Source: Coleofasciculus sp.
GTDB taxonomy: Bacteria > Cyanobacteriota > Cyanobacteriia > Cyanobacteriales > Coleofasciculaceae
Direction of reading: 5' to 3'
DNA length: 24,000 nt
NCBI GenBank assembly: GCA_046539235.1
Contig: JBKHHI010000018.1
Location: 6,561-30,560 of the forward strand
The position numbers and the translations under genes are program-made. Under the pieces are notes generated by a model, which saw only the letters and a list, made by a program, of their open reading frames with translations, did no database searches and was not told the DNA's origin. Below are positions 1-8,310 of the stretch, in pieces. Numbering within the stretch: position 1 is the stretch's first letter; the number at the start of each line of letters is the position of its first letter.

Positions 1-93
1 GGTCAAGGTTTCAGCGTTGGGCTTTGTCCTAATCGCCTTGGCGACTGCTATAAAAGGTTTAGTGTTAAATCTGTCCTAATTTTGATCGGGATA

Positions 94-121
94 GTAGGGG
101 CAATTTATCAATTGTCCCTAC
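94..121. repeat. Imperfect 28-bp palindrome GTAGGGGCAATT-tatc-AATTGTCCCTAC. Dispersed-repeat-type hairpin; possible terminator of the minus-strand gene ending at 149.
   Basis: 12-nt arms with one mismatch (G:U-compatible in RNA), read directly. Lies just downstream of the stop of CDS 149..1048(-). Confidence 0.5.
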
Positions 122-148
122 AGATTAGAGTCCCTCTACATTGCCAAA

Positions 149-1048
149 TTAACTGTTAGATGGATTACTCATGGAGTTAATGTCCTCAATCGGTAAACCT
201 AAGGCTTCTGCTATTTGATTGGCGGTTAATCCCATAGCGAATAACTTGGGAATAGCTTCTCTTCGGGCAATTTCTGCTTGTTCAGCCCGTTGCCTTTCTT
301 GTTCAGCCCGTTGCCTTTCTTGTTCAGCCCGTTGCCTTTCTTGTTCAGCCCGTTGTCTTTCTTGTTCAGCTCTCTCACTTCCAGTTAGGAGCAAATTTCC
401 CTCACTATCCCACCAGCGCAACCAAATTTGAGTTTGATTTTGATAGGTTCCTTGGAGCAATCCCAATTCTATACCTAAAGGTTCAATGGGATAATGGTTT
501 CGTTGGTTCGGGTTCATCAGGCGGTAGGAACCATTAACGAAGTGATAAACCTCTAACTGGTTCGTCTTGATTTCAAAAATTCCATAGTAAGGAATCCGGA
601 GAATCTGCTCATAAACCCAAAACTTACCCGGTTTCGTTTTTTCTCCTTGGGATGAGCGGGATAATGGCGTGCGATCGCGCTCTTCGGAACCATCGCCACT
701 GGCAAATTCTAAGGCAATCATTGGCGCGATAAATTCGTGCCAAATTACATAAGAACGGCGAATTTGACCGTCTAGTTTTGGGGGAACATTGGGGACATAA
801 AACCAATCGGGAGCTTCTGCTCCTTTTTCTGGCGGTTCTGTTTGTCGCCAGTATATGCCACAATCTTGTCCAATGGCATATTGTCCGTCGGGATGAATTC
901 TTTCTAGAATGGGTCCGAGGGAGTCGGTAAGAATAAGGCTTTGGGGATGCTCCTGGAAGTTCTTCACGAATTCGCCATTGGATTCAGGGAGTTGGGTATG
1001 ATCCGGGAACGGAGGAGGTAGAACATTGGGTTCTAGGCTCTGGCTCAT
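149..1048 (-). CDS. Uma2-family (DUF820, restriction-endonuclease-like) protein with a C-terminal (ERQRAEQ)n heptad tract and an HTH-like tail
   Basis: 299-aa ORF with an ATG start. The N-terminal 220 aa has the typical cyanobacterial Uma2 layout (HPQSLILTDSL..., PDWFYVPNV, E...EFASGD..., YGIFEI). The tail AMGLTANQIAEALGLPIEDI resembles a short HTH module. Confidence 0.8.
   Translation of the reverse strand: MSQSLEPNVLPPPFPDHTQLPESNGEFVKNFQEHPQSLILTDSLGPILERIHPDGQYAIGQDCGIYWRQTEPPEKGAEAPDWFYVPNVPPKLDGQIRRSYVIWHEFIAPMIALEFASGDGSEERDRTPLSRSSQGEKTKPGKFWVYEQILRIPYYGIFEIKTNQLEVYHFVNGSYRLMNPNQRNHYPIEPLGIELGLLQGTYQNQTQIWLRWWDSEGNLLLTGSERAEQERQRAEQERQRAEQERQRAEQERQRAEQAEIARREAIPKLFAMGLTANQIAEALGLPIEDINSMSNPSNS
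285..368. repeat. 21-bp tandem repeat GCCCGTTGCCTTTCTTGTTCA x4 (4th copy has one substitution; a degenerate partial copy lies at 264-284), in frame inside CDS 149..1048
   Basis: Read directly. On the minus strand it encodes AEQERQR repeated about 5 times. Confidence 0.95.
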
Positions 1049-1119
1049 GGCAATTGCGTCTGCGATCGGGTTGCCCTATTATAACGATTGTCCGCGATCG
1101 CAAAGGCGGAGTTTCCTTT

Positions 1120-1161
1120 GACGAATGACGAATGACAAATGACAAATGACAAATGACAAAT
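1120..1161. repeat. STRR-like heptamer tract: GACGAAT x2 + GACAAAT x4
   Basis: Six contiguous heptamers read directly, in the intergenic gap between the start of CDS 149..1048(-) and the Tex stop codon. Confidence 0.95.
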
Positions 1162-1164
1162 TAC

Positions 1165-3321
1165 TTACCTCTGTTGCGCCGCCCGCATGGATAAGCCAAT
1201 TCGCTTTAACTTCTCATCCACCGACATAACCCGCACATTTACGACTTGTCCCACTTTGACGATTTCTTTGGGATCGTCCACAAATCGATCCGCCAGTTGG
1301 GAAATATGCACCAACCCATCCTGATGCACGCCAATATCTACAAATGCGCCAAAATTCGCCACATTCGTGACAATTCCTTCTAACTCCATCCCCACTTTTA
1401 GATCAGAGAGTTCTTTCACGCCTTCCTTAAATGTGGCATATTTAAACTCAGCACGAGGATCACGTCCCGGCTTTTCTAATTCCCGGATAATGTCTTTCAG
1501 GGTGGGTAAGCCAACGGTATCCGTCACATATTTTTTTAAATCAATAGATTTGAGGCGATCTGCGGCTTTAGGAATTTGTTTCAAGGGAACCCCAATATCT
1601 TTCGCGATCGCTTCCACGACGGGGTAACTTTCCGGATGCACGGCGGTATTGTCTAGGGGGTTATCGCCACCGCGAATTCTCAGGAATCCGGCGGATTGTT
1701 CAAAGGCTTTGGGTCCTAATTTGGCGACTTTCAGCAGACGACGGCGATTGGGGAATGCGCCATTTTCATTGCGATAGGTGACGATATTTTTGGCAATGGT
1801 TGGAGTTAAACCCGACACAAAGGTTAATAACTCTTTCGATGCCGTATTCAAATCCACACCCACATAGTTCACACAGCTTTCTACCGTGTCATCCAGCTTC
1901 TTTCGCAGTAACTTTTGATCCACATCATGCTGGTATTGTCCCACACCAATGGATTTGGGATCAATTTTCACCAATTCCGCCAAAGGATCTTGTAAACGGC
2001 GTCCAATACTAATCGCCCCGCGCACGGTAACATCTTGATTGGGAAATTCTTCCCGCGCCACATCACTGGCGGAATAGATAGACGCACCCGATTCATTTAC
2101 AATCACGCTAATCGGTTTCCGCTCTAGGGTTTTAATCACATCCCCGACAAACTCATCGGTTTCCCGCGATGCTGTACCATTCCCGATCGCGATTAATTCG
2201 ATCTGGTATTTTTCAATCAGGGTTTTGACTGTGGTAGCCGCTTGGGTTGGTTTTCCGGTATGGGGAAAAATAGTTTGATATTCCATAAATTTCCCCGTTT
2301 CATTCAACACCGCCACTTTACACCCGGTTCGCAATCCTGGATCAATCGCTAACGTAGGTTTCATTCCCGCTGGGGGAGAAAGTAGGAGTTCTCGTAAATT
2401 GGCTTCAAAAGTTTTAATCGATTCAAAATCAGCATAGGCTTTACGATCCATCCGCACTTCCGTAATTAGGGAATTTTTCATCAAGCGGTTAAAGCCATCA
2501 TGGATCATTTCTCGATAAAACTGCCGCACTTCTGGAATTTTCGTGCGAATAGTTTCTGATTCTAAATACGACTGGACAAACTCTTGATCAAAGTCCAGAT
2601 TCAGGCTTAAAATTCCCTCGCTTTCCCCGCGAAATAACGCCAGCATGTTATGCGGCGCAATATCCTTTGCCTTGATTTGGAAATTGCGGTACATTTCATA
2701 TTTAGTGCTGCCTTCGGGGTAATCGTCTTTAATCTTGGAGACAAATCGCCCATTTTTCATTAAATAGTCGCGCAAGTATGCCCGGAATTCAGCGGTTTCG
2801 GCGACTTCTTCGGCTAAGATATCAGACGCCCCTTTCAGCGCATCGGCGGCGGTTTTGACACCCTTTTCTTCAGAAATATAATTAGTGGCTTCTGCTTCCA
2901 AGGAGACGGGTTTGGCGGTGGGGGTATTCAGGGATTTAATAAATTCAGCCAGAGGTTCCAACCCTTTTTCTCGCGCTACGGTGGCTCTAGTGCGACGCTT
3001 GGGGCGATAAGGGAGGTAAAGGTCTTCTAACTCATTTTTCTGGAAACAGGACTCGATTTTCGCTTTCAGTTCATCCGTCAGTTTCCCTTGAGACGCGATC
3101 GCCTCCAGAATCGTGGCTTTGCGTTCTTCGAGTTCACTCAGGTAAGCGTAGCGTTCTGCGATCGCGCGAATTTGGACTTCATCCAGAGAACCGGTGCGTT
3201 CTTTGCGATAACGGGAAATAAAGGGAATCGTGGCGCCCTCGGCTAAAAGAGACAGGGTATTTTCCACCTGATTGGCCCAGAGGGAAAGCTCTTGTGCTAG
3301 GACGGAGGGAATATTCAGCAT
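1165..3321 (-). CDS. tex: Tex-like transcription accessory protein (Tex N-domain, YqgF/RuvC-like, HhH, C-terminal S1 RNA-binding domain)
   Basis: 718-aa ORF with an ATG start. N-terminus IPFISRYRKE-TGSLDEVQIR; C-terminal S1 domain GMELEGIVTNVANFGAFVDIGVHQDGLVHISQLADRFV. Confidence 0.93.
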   Translation of the reverse strand: MLNIPSVLAQELSLWANQVENTLSLLAEGATIPFISRYRKERTGSLDEVQIRAIAERYAYLSELEERKATILEAIASQGKLTDELKAKIESCFQKNELEDLYLPYRPKRRTRATVAREKGLEPLAEFIKSLNTPTAKPVSLEAEATNYISEEKGVKTAADALKGASDILAEEVAETAEFRAYLRDYLMKNGRFVSKIKDDYPEGSTKYEMYRNFQIKAKDIAPHNMLALFRGESEGILSLNLDFDQEFVQSYLESETIRTKIPEVRQFYREMIHDGFNRLMKNSLITEVRMDRKAYADFESIKTFEANLRELLLSPPAGMKPTLAIDPGLRTGCKVAVLNETGKFMEYQTIFPHTGKPTQAATTVKTLIEKYQIELIAIGNGTASRETDEFVGDVIKTLERKPISVIVNESGASIYSASDVAREEFPNQDVTVRGAISIGRRLQDPLAELVKIDPKSIGVGQYQHDVDQKLLRKKLDDTVESCVNYVGVDLNTASKELLTFVSGLTPTIAKNIVTYRNENGAFPNRRRLLKVAKLGPKAFEQSAGFLRIRGGDNPLDNTAVHPESYPVVEAIAKDIGVPLKQIPKAADRLKSIDLKKYVTDTVGLPTLKDIIRELEKPGRDPRAEFKYATFKEGVKELSDLKVGMELEGIVTNVANFGAFVDIGVHQDGLVHISQLADRFVDDPKEIVKVGQVVNVRVMSVDEKLKRIGLSMRAAQQR

Positions 3322-3641
3322 CGGGTCTTTATGGGTCTATTCTTTCTAGAATTAGCACAGGATCAAGATTTCGCGATCGCACTACTCGTACCACTCCCTT
3401 GCCAGTCACGCATTCTTTGGGTTGGGATAGGTTCAGCCATTAACCTACAGGATATCACCGATAACATCTCCACAAAACCCGCCCTTCGTTCAAGCTGATA
3501 TCTTGATCCAGTCAAAAACCTCACCGTTGAGGATTATTTTACGGCTTCTCAGGTATTTTTGGCGTAGGATGCGATCGTCTCCAGAAGCACCCAAAATTTT
3601 ATTCATTTTACTATAATCAGTAGTGACTCAAACCCGTTTAG

Positions 3642-5159
3642 ATGCATAGGAGCTTTTCAACTATGGCTGACAAAGAACAAGATTTAGCGTCTCTCGTTGC
3701 GAAAATTGAACAGCTCGAAGAACGTCAAATTATTACAGCCAATTATTTAGTAGGGGTTAAGCGTCAGTTGAATCAGCTTACTGATAAGTTGGAGGATTTG
3801 CAACGGCGCGTTGAGCCACAACAGGTGGTGGAGCCAAGCTTAACCAATAGTCCAACTCCTGATCAAGGAATATCTAACGATATAACTAATTTTAGCGATG
3901 AGAAATTTAAGGTATTGAGAATCACTCAAGTTTTGGGCGTCTACGGAGATATGCTCCTATTAGAAGCTTATTTAGCTGAAGACAAGAGTCAGGAAGCACC
4001 AATAACGGCTCAAGAATTTTGGCGTCTGTATAATAATGGACAAAAAGATTTTACCGGAATTAATCTAGCTGGAGCAGATTTTGGGAAAGACTCCCCAAAA
4101 GATGTTAATCTAAGCCAAGCCAATTTATCCGGAGCAAAACTAAGTGGCAGTTGGCGTAATAACAACTTCAGTCGGGCAAATCTGTGTGGAGCTAATCTGT
4201 GTGGAGTAGACCTATATTTGGCAAACCTACGTTGGGCAAATCTCAAGGGAGCAGATTTGAGTAATGCAAACTTATCGAGTGCGAAACTGAATGAAGCTAA
4301 CTTAGATGATGCATACCTTTATCAGGCAAAACTGCAATTTGTTGAGTTAGAGAAAGCCTCTCTAAAAAAGGCAAACTTAAGCAAAACCAATTTAAGTTCA
4401 GCGTCCCTGCGTGAGGCAAATCTGAGTGAGGCAAATCTTAGCCAAGCGAGTTTATCTGAAACAACTAATCTCAGCATGGCAAATCTCAGTGGGGCAAACT
4501 TAAAGGCGGCAAACTTAGAGAAGGCAAAACTGATGAGAACTAACCTTAGTCATGCCAATTTGAGTCAAGTTAACCTAATTGGGACAGACCTCGAAGGAGC
4601 CAACCTTCAAGGAGCTAACCTCCAACAAGCATTTTATAGCACAACTACAATTTTCCCGATGGGATTCGATGCGACTCAAACGGGTGCTTATTTGATTGCT
4701 CCTGGCGTTTCACTGCAAAATGCTAACTTAGCAGGTATGAACCTGAATACCTTAAACCTGAGGGGAGTCAACTTACAAGAAGCCAATCTCGCTGGTGCTA
4801 ATTTATATCAAGTCAACTTGAGTGGAGCCAATTTGCAAGCCGCAGATTTATGTCGAGTCAACTTAAGTAATGCCAATCTAACTGGAGCGGATTTACAAGG
4901 GGCAAATCTAAGTGGAGCCGATCTAACGCAAGCTAATCTAACTGGAGCAAACCTACAGCAGGCAAAATTAAGTGCAGTAGACCTGTATTCTGCTAAGTTA
5001 AATGGTGCCACCTTGAGTGAGGCAGACCTACGTGGGGCAAAATTCTATAGGACAAATCTAGAAAAAGCTAACTTGAAAGATGCAAAACTGGATGGAGTCA
5101 TGTTAAGTGATGCAAATCTTAACGGTGCTATCATGCCTGATGGGACAACTCAGGAATAG
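3642..5159 (+). CDS. Pentapeptide-repeat protein with an N-terminal coiled-coil region
   Basis: 505-aa ORF. From residue ~140 onward it has long runs of A(N/D)LxG/ANLSxANL pentapeptides. Alternative start at 3663 (MADKEQD). A TATAAT hexamer lies at 3612-3617. Confidence 0.93.
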   Translation: MHRSFSTMADKEQDLASLVAKIEQLEERQIITANYLVGVKRQLNQLTDKLEDLQRRVEPQQVVEPSLTNSPTPDQGISNDITNFSDEKFKVLRITQVLGVYGDMLLLEAYLAEDKSQEAPITAQEFWRLYNNGQKDFTGINLAGADFGKDSPKDVNLSQANLSGAKLSGSWRNNNFSRANLCGANLCGVDLYLANLRWANLKGADLSNANLSSAKLNEANLDDAYLYQAKLQFVELEKASLKKANLSKTNLSSASLREANLSEANLSQASLSETTNLSMANLSGANLKAANLEKAKLMRTNLSHANLSQVNLIGTDLEGANLQGANLQQAFYSTTTIFPMGFDATQTGAYLIAPGVSLQNANLAGMNLNTLNLRGVNLQEANLAGANLYQVNLSGANLQAADLCRVNLSNANLTGADLQGANLSGADLTQANLTGANLQQAKLSAVDLYSAKLNGATLSEADLRGAKFYRTNLEKANLKDAKLDGVMLSDANLNGAIMPDGTTQE

Positions 5160-5164
5160 TTGAT

Positions 5165-5743
5165 TTAAATTAGAGGAAAGACTTTGGCTAAATCTAGGAT
5201 TAAATCTGGAAAGTAGGGCAACTCTATTGTCTGATCCGGCAATATAATTCGCTTTAAGCTGTATCCAAAACTATTCCGACCCTTGTGATAGGGCTGGCTA
5301 TAGGCTTCTAGGTGATTGTCGATTAAGTTAAAAAGCCAATAATCGGAAATACCCGCTTCAGCATAGAGTGACAGCTTAACCTCTCGGTCATACTTGAGCG
5401 TTGAATCAGCAATTTCTATAACAAAGTAAACGTCCTCAGGTTGGGGTAGCGAAAAGCGATAATTATCCGCTCGTTTCCGTAAAATAGCAAAATCGGGTTC
5501 TGGTTCGCTATTGGATGACAAAATAATCGGATCTTGACATTGTAACTTAGCTCGACCTGTAACTAATCCCGCCAATTCTTCGAGTAAATCTCGACAACAA
5601 TTAGTATGGGCTGTACCTTTCGCCGCCATCTGCATGATTTCTCCACGAATTAATTCCACTCGGTCATCTTCGGTGAAAAATCCCAACTCTGCTAAACGGT
5701 GATAGTCCTCAAGCGTGAAGCGTTTGGCTGTTGTCGATGTCAT
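5165..5743 (-). CDS. Uma2-family (DUF820) endonuclease-like protein
   Basis: 192-aa ORF with an ATG start. FTLEDYHRLAELGFF...RVELIRGEI..M, PEPDFAI, VIEIADSTLKYDREVKLSLYAEAGISDYWLFN is the canonical Uma2 pattern. Confidence 0.88.
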   Translation of the reverse strand: MTSTTAKRFTLEDYHRLAELGFFTEDDRVELIRGEIMQMAAKGTAHTNCCRDLLEELAGLVTGRAKLQCQDPIILSSNSEPEPDFAILRKRADNYRFSLPQPEDVYFVIEIADSTLKYDREVKLSLYAEAGISDYWLFNLIDNHLEAYSQPYHKGRNSFGYSLKRIILPDQTIELPYFPDLILDLAKVFPLI

Positions 5744-5777
5744 AGGTATCGGTGGTCATATCGTCTAGACTACTACC

Positions 5778-5810
5778 AGATCCCCGACTTCTAGAACAAG
5801 TCGGGGATCT
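5778..5810. repeat. Perfect 13-bp-stem hairpin AGATCCCCGACTT-ctagaac-AAGTCGGGGATCT (dispersed palindromic repeat type)
   Basis: Arms are exact reverse complements, read directly. Intergenic. Confidence 0.85.
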
Positions 5811-5863
5811 AATTCGCTAATTCGCTCCTGTCAAGCGTAACAAAGCCCCTCCAGAGAGAATGC

Positions 5864-6190
5864 TCACTTCCAGGTTAGCGATCGCGAACTGATCCGTTTA
5901 CCCAATACCCGGCTGGGAAAACAAAGCAACTCCAGCCAAATCAGTTTCAGGTAAAACGCCTGTCTGTATTGGGCAAACAGTCGAATTTTCTGCCATAAAA
6001 GCAATAATTGCAGTTTCAGCCGCACGGTGAATTCCCTGGTTAACATGACTCTGGTGTTGTTGTCGTAATTACCGATGATTACCGTTTTACCGCAAAAAAT
6101 GCCTCGGCGCGATCGCAAAAACGCCAATCGCCCCAATCGATTCATGCGATAATGCACAGGATACCCGGTGGACTTGCACTCCCAATCATG
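5864..6190 (-). pseudogene. Probable decayed gene remnant split over three reading frames; family not recognised
   Basis: On the minus strand, protein-like segments appear in different frames (…LSHESIGAIGVFAIAPRHF… / …GKTVIIGNYDNNT… / …HVNQGIHRAAETAIIAFMAENSTVCPIQTGVLPETDLAGVALFSQPGIG*). The single 97-aa ORF in the track has an implausible composition. Confidence 0.3.
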
Positions 6191-6194
6191 ACTT

Positions 6195-6854
6195 ATGCTC
6201 AGACAACTTGGTTTTTGGATACTCTGGGTTGGCTTTCTCGCTTATGCCTTTCTGTTTGCGCCTCCCCAGCAACCTGATACCTTTGACCTGATTACCAATC
6301 TTTCCACAGGCAACTGGGATGGGATTAATCCCTTAATTATTGCCCTATTCAACATCATGGGCATTCTACCGCTAGCATACGCCTGCTTCGTGTTTATCGA
6401 TGGACGGGGACAGAAAATTCCCGCTTGGCTGTTTGCTACCGTCTCCTTTGGTGTGGGGGCGTTTGCGTTACTCCCCTATCTTGCTTTACGTCAACCGAAT
6501 CCTGAATTTCCTGGCTCAAAAAATATTTTCCTGGGTATTCTCGATTCCCGTTGGTTAGGTGTTGTTCTCACCCTCGGCACCTTGGTATTACTAGGATTTG
6601 GCATCCTCAACGGCGATTGGGCAAACTTTATCCAGCAGTGGCAAACCAGCCGTTTTATCCATGTGATGAGTTTGGACTTTTGCCTATTGTGCTTGCTTTT
6701 CCCGGCACTGGTGGGTGATGATATGGCACGACGCGGCTGGAACAATCCCACCCTATTTTGGGCAGTTGCACTGATACCGTTAATTGGTTCGCTAGTCTAT
6801 CTGTGTCTGCGCCCTCCTCTTCCAGACACCGAGGAAGCCATGGCAACCGCGTGA
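6195..6854 (+). CDS. Multi-pass integral membrane protein of unknown function
   Basis: 219-aa ORF with an ATG start and about 6 hydrophobic segments (FWILWVGFLAYAFLF, IIALFNIMGILPLAYACFVFI, etc.). No catalytic motif recognised. Confidence 0.7.
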   Translation: MLRQLGFWILWVGFLAYAFLFAPPQQPDTFDLITNLSTGNWDGINPLIIALFNIMGILPLAYACFVFIDGRGQKIPAWLFATVSFGVGAFALLPYLALRQPNPEFPGSKNIFLGILDSRWLGVVLTLGTLVLLGFGILNGDWANFIQQWQTSRFIHVMSLDFCLLCLLFPALVGDDMARRGWNNPTLFWAVALIPLIGSLVYLCLRPPLPDTEEAMATA

Positions 6855-6883
6855 AGGTTGGCAAAACCCTTGATATACCGTAG

Positions 6884-6900
6884 GGTGGGCATTGCCCACC
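6884..6900. repeat. Short GC hairpin GGTGGGC-att-GCCCACC (common cyanobacterial dispersed palindrome); possible terminator for 6195..6854
   Basis: 7-bp perfect stem, 30 nt downstream of the stop codon. Confidence 0.5.
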
Positions 6901-6940
6901 AGCATACCAGTTAGTACCATTCATCTTAATGGACTTGAGC

Positions 6941-7155
6941 TAAGTAGTCGGACTGGCATAAAACGGTAGTATTAAATGCAAGTAAATCGCCCTCAAACCC
7001 TTACTGTTCCCTGTTCCCTGTTAAGAGTTCCCTAATCTCAACCGTTAACTTTAATTGTGTCCACCTACTTACATCTGTTATAGCGACAGCCATAACTCAA
7101 AAATTGATAAACTTTAACCGATTCTCAGCAAAAACTAATTCAACCCCAGTTTAAT
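6941..7155 (+). other. arsM upstream module, copy 1: block A TAAGTAGTCGGAC (6941-6953), block B CCCTCAAACCCTTAC (6990-7004), block C GATTCTCAGCAAAAACTnATTnAACnnnnGTTTAAT (7120-7155)
   Basis: The same three blocks occur in the same order and orientation upstream of arsS (16862-17017). An imperfect inverted copy of block A (GTCCACCTACTTA) lies near 7059-7071. Confidence 0.7.
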
Positions 7156-7203
7156 ACTCTTAGAGAAAGAATGCTGACAGCATAAATCGTCATCGAGTCA
7201 ACT

Positions 7204-7238
7204 ATGACCAATGACATAAGACCAATGACAAACAACAA
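7204..7238. repeat. Degenerate heptamer tract (ATGACCA ATGACAT AAGACCA ATGACAA ACAACAA) immediately upstream of the arsM start
   Basis: Read directly. Related to the TGACCAA/TGACAAA tracts elsewhere in the window. Confidence 0.8.
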
Positions 7239-7243
7239 ACACT

Positions 7244-8206
7244 ATGACGTATCTAGAAACAACCGCAGAATTCTACAGTGAAGTCGCCCAAACCCCGCAA
7301 GTGGGGTTATGTTGTGTGCAGAGTTCTCCCCTGCAACTCCCCGGACTGAAAATCCCCCAACAAATGCAGGAAATGAACTATGGTTGTGGAACCACCGTTC
7401 ATCCGGCGGAACTGATAAACGAGCCAACGGTACTCTATTTGGGCGTGGGTGGTGGTTTAGAAGCCCTGCAATTTGCCTATTTCTCCCGACGTCCGGGTCG
7501 GGTTATTGCCGTTGATCCCGTCAAGGCGATGCGGGAAGCGGCGACACGTAACCTAGAAAGCGCAGCTCAAGATAATCCTTGGTTTAACCCTAGCTTTATC
7601 GACATTCGTGAAGGCGATGCCTTTGACCTACCTGTACCCGATGCTTCGGTTGATGTTGTCGCTCAAAATTGTCTATTTAATATCTTTGAACCCGAAGACC
7701 TAACTAAAGCCTTGCAAGAAGCCTATCGGGTGTTAAAAATTGGCGGACGCTTGATTATGAGTGACCCCATCGCCACCCGTCCGATTCCTGAGCATTTACG
7801 CCAAGATGAACGGTTACGGGCAATGTGCTTATCGGGTGCTTTAACATACAACGAGTATATTCAACATTTGGTTCATGTTGGGTTTGGTCAAGTCGAAATC
7901 CGGGCGCGGCGCCCTTATCGGTTGTTGGATTGTCAAAGTTACAAGTTAGATGAGCCGTTGCTGCTGGAAAGTTTAGATTCTGTGGCATTCAAAGTGCCGA
8001 TTCCGGAAGATGGTGCTTGCATTTTCACCGGAAAAACGGCGATTTACAGTGGAAGCCAAGAGGTTTTTGATGATAACGCGGGTCATGTTCTGCAAAAAGG
8101 TGTTCCGGCGTCGGTGTGTGATAAAACAGCCGCTAACTTGGCGATGTCAAAAGATATCATGATTACTGATTCCACCTGGTACTATACTGGCGGTGGTTGC
8201 TGTTAA
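7244..8206 (+). CDS. arsM: Arsenite S-adenosylmethionine methyltransferase ArsM (cyanobacterial, arsenosugar-associated type)
   Basis: 320-aa ORF with an ATG start. SAM motif I VLYLGVGGG. Cysteines at C23/C24 (GLCC), C48 (YGCG), C143 (QNCLFN) and C195 (MCLSGAL) are spaced like the four conserved ArsM cysteines. The C-terminus ends GGGCC. Confidence 0.85.
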   Translation: MTYLETTAEFYSEVAQTPQVGLCCVQSSPLQLPGLKIPQQMQEMNYGCGTTVHPAELINEPTVLYLGVGGGLEALQFAYFSRRPGRVIAVDPVKAMREAATRNLESAAQDNPWFNPSFIDIREGDAFDLPVPDASVDVVAQNCLFNIFEPEDLTKALQEAYRVLKIGGRLIMSDPIATRPIPEHLRQDERLRAMCLSGALTYNEYIQHLVHVGFGQVEIRARRPYRLLDCQSYKLDEPLLLESLDSVAFKVPIPEDGACIFTGKTAIYSGSQEVFDDNAGHVLQKGVPASVCDKTAANLAMSKDIMITDSTWYYTGGGCC

Positions 8207-8249
8207 AGAATCGAGGTGAATCGGGCGCATCTCGGTGATTGGTTTCAAT

Positions 8250-8277
8250 GTAGAGACGTTGCATGCAACGTCTCTAC
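8250..8277. repeat. Perfect 28-bp palindrome GTAGAGACGTTGCATGCAACGTCTCTAC (dispersed element family)
   Basis: Read directly. A 30-bp relative lies at 19783-19812; degenerate copies lie at 9386-9410 and 9811-9837. Confidence 0.9.
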
Positions 8278-8310
8278 CATAAGATGCGTCCTAACCGCTA
8301 TGGCGATTGC

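Noticed and set aside
2-79. Open frame at the window edge ending TAA at 77-79 (VKVSALGFVLIALATAIKGLVLNLS*); could be the C-terminal TM helix of an upstream gene.
   Set aside because: Only 25 codons are visible and there is no motif, so it cannot be supported as a feature.
219-863. Track ORFs 219..431(+) and 624..863(-) overlapping the Uma2 gene.
   Set aside because: 219..431 is the antisense reading of the 21-bp repeat (a repetitive SARCLSC peptide). 624..863 is an out-of-frame shadow. The Uma2 frame explains the region.
1367-2012. Track ORFs 1367..1627(+) and 1800..2012(+) antisense to Tex.
   Set aside because: Shadow ORFs inside a well-supported 718-aa gene, with no motifs.
4010-5011. Track ORFs 4010..4246(-) and 4808..5011(-) antisense to the pentapeptide-repeat gene.
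   Set aside because: Low-complexity mirror translations (RFA/KLA repeats) generated by the periodic pentapeptide coding sequence.
6491-6924. Track ORFs 6491..6751(-) and 6655..6924(-).
   Set aside because: Antisense to the membrane-protein gene; the second runs through the GGTGGGC/GCCCACC dispersed hairpin.
7242-7988. Track ORFs 7242..7427(-), 7309..7515(+) and 7755..7988(-) overlapping arsM.
   Set aside because: Shadow or out-of-frame ORFs. The arsM frame carries all the methyltransferase motifs.
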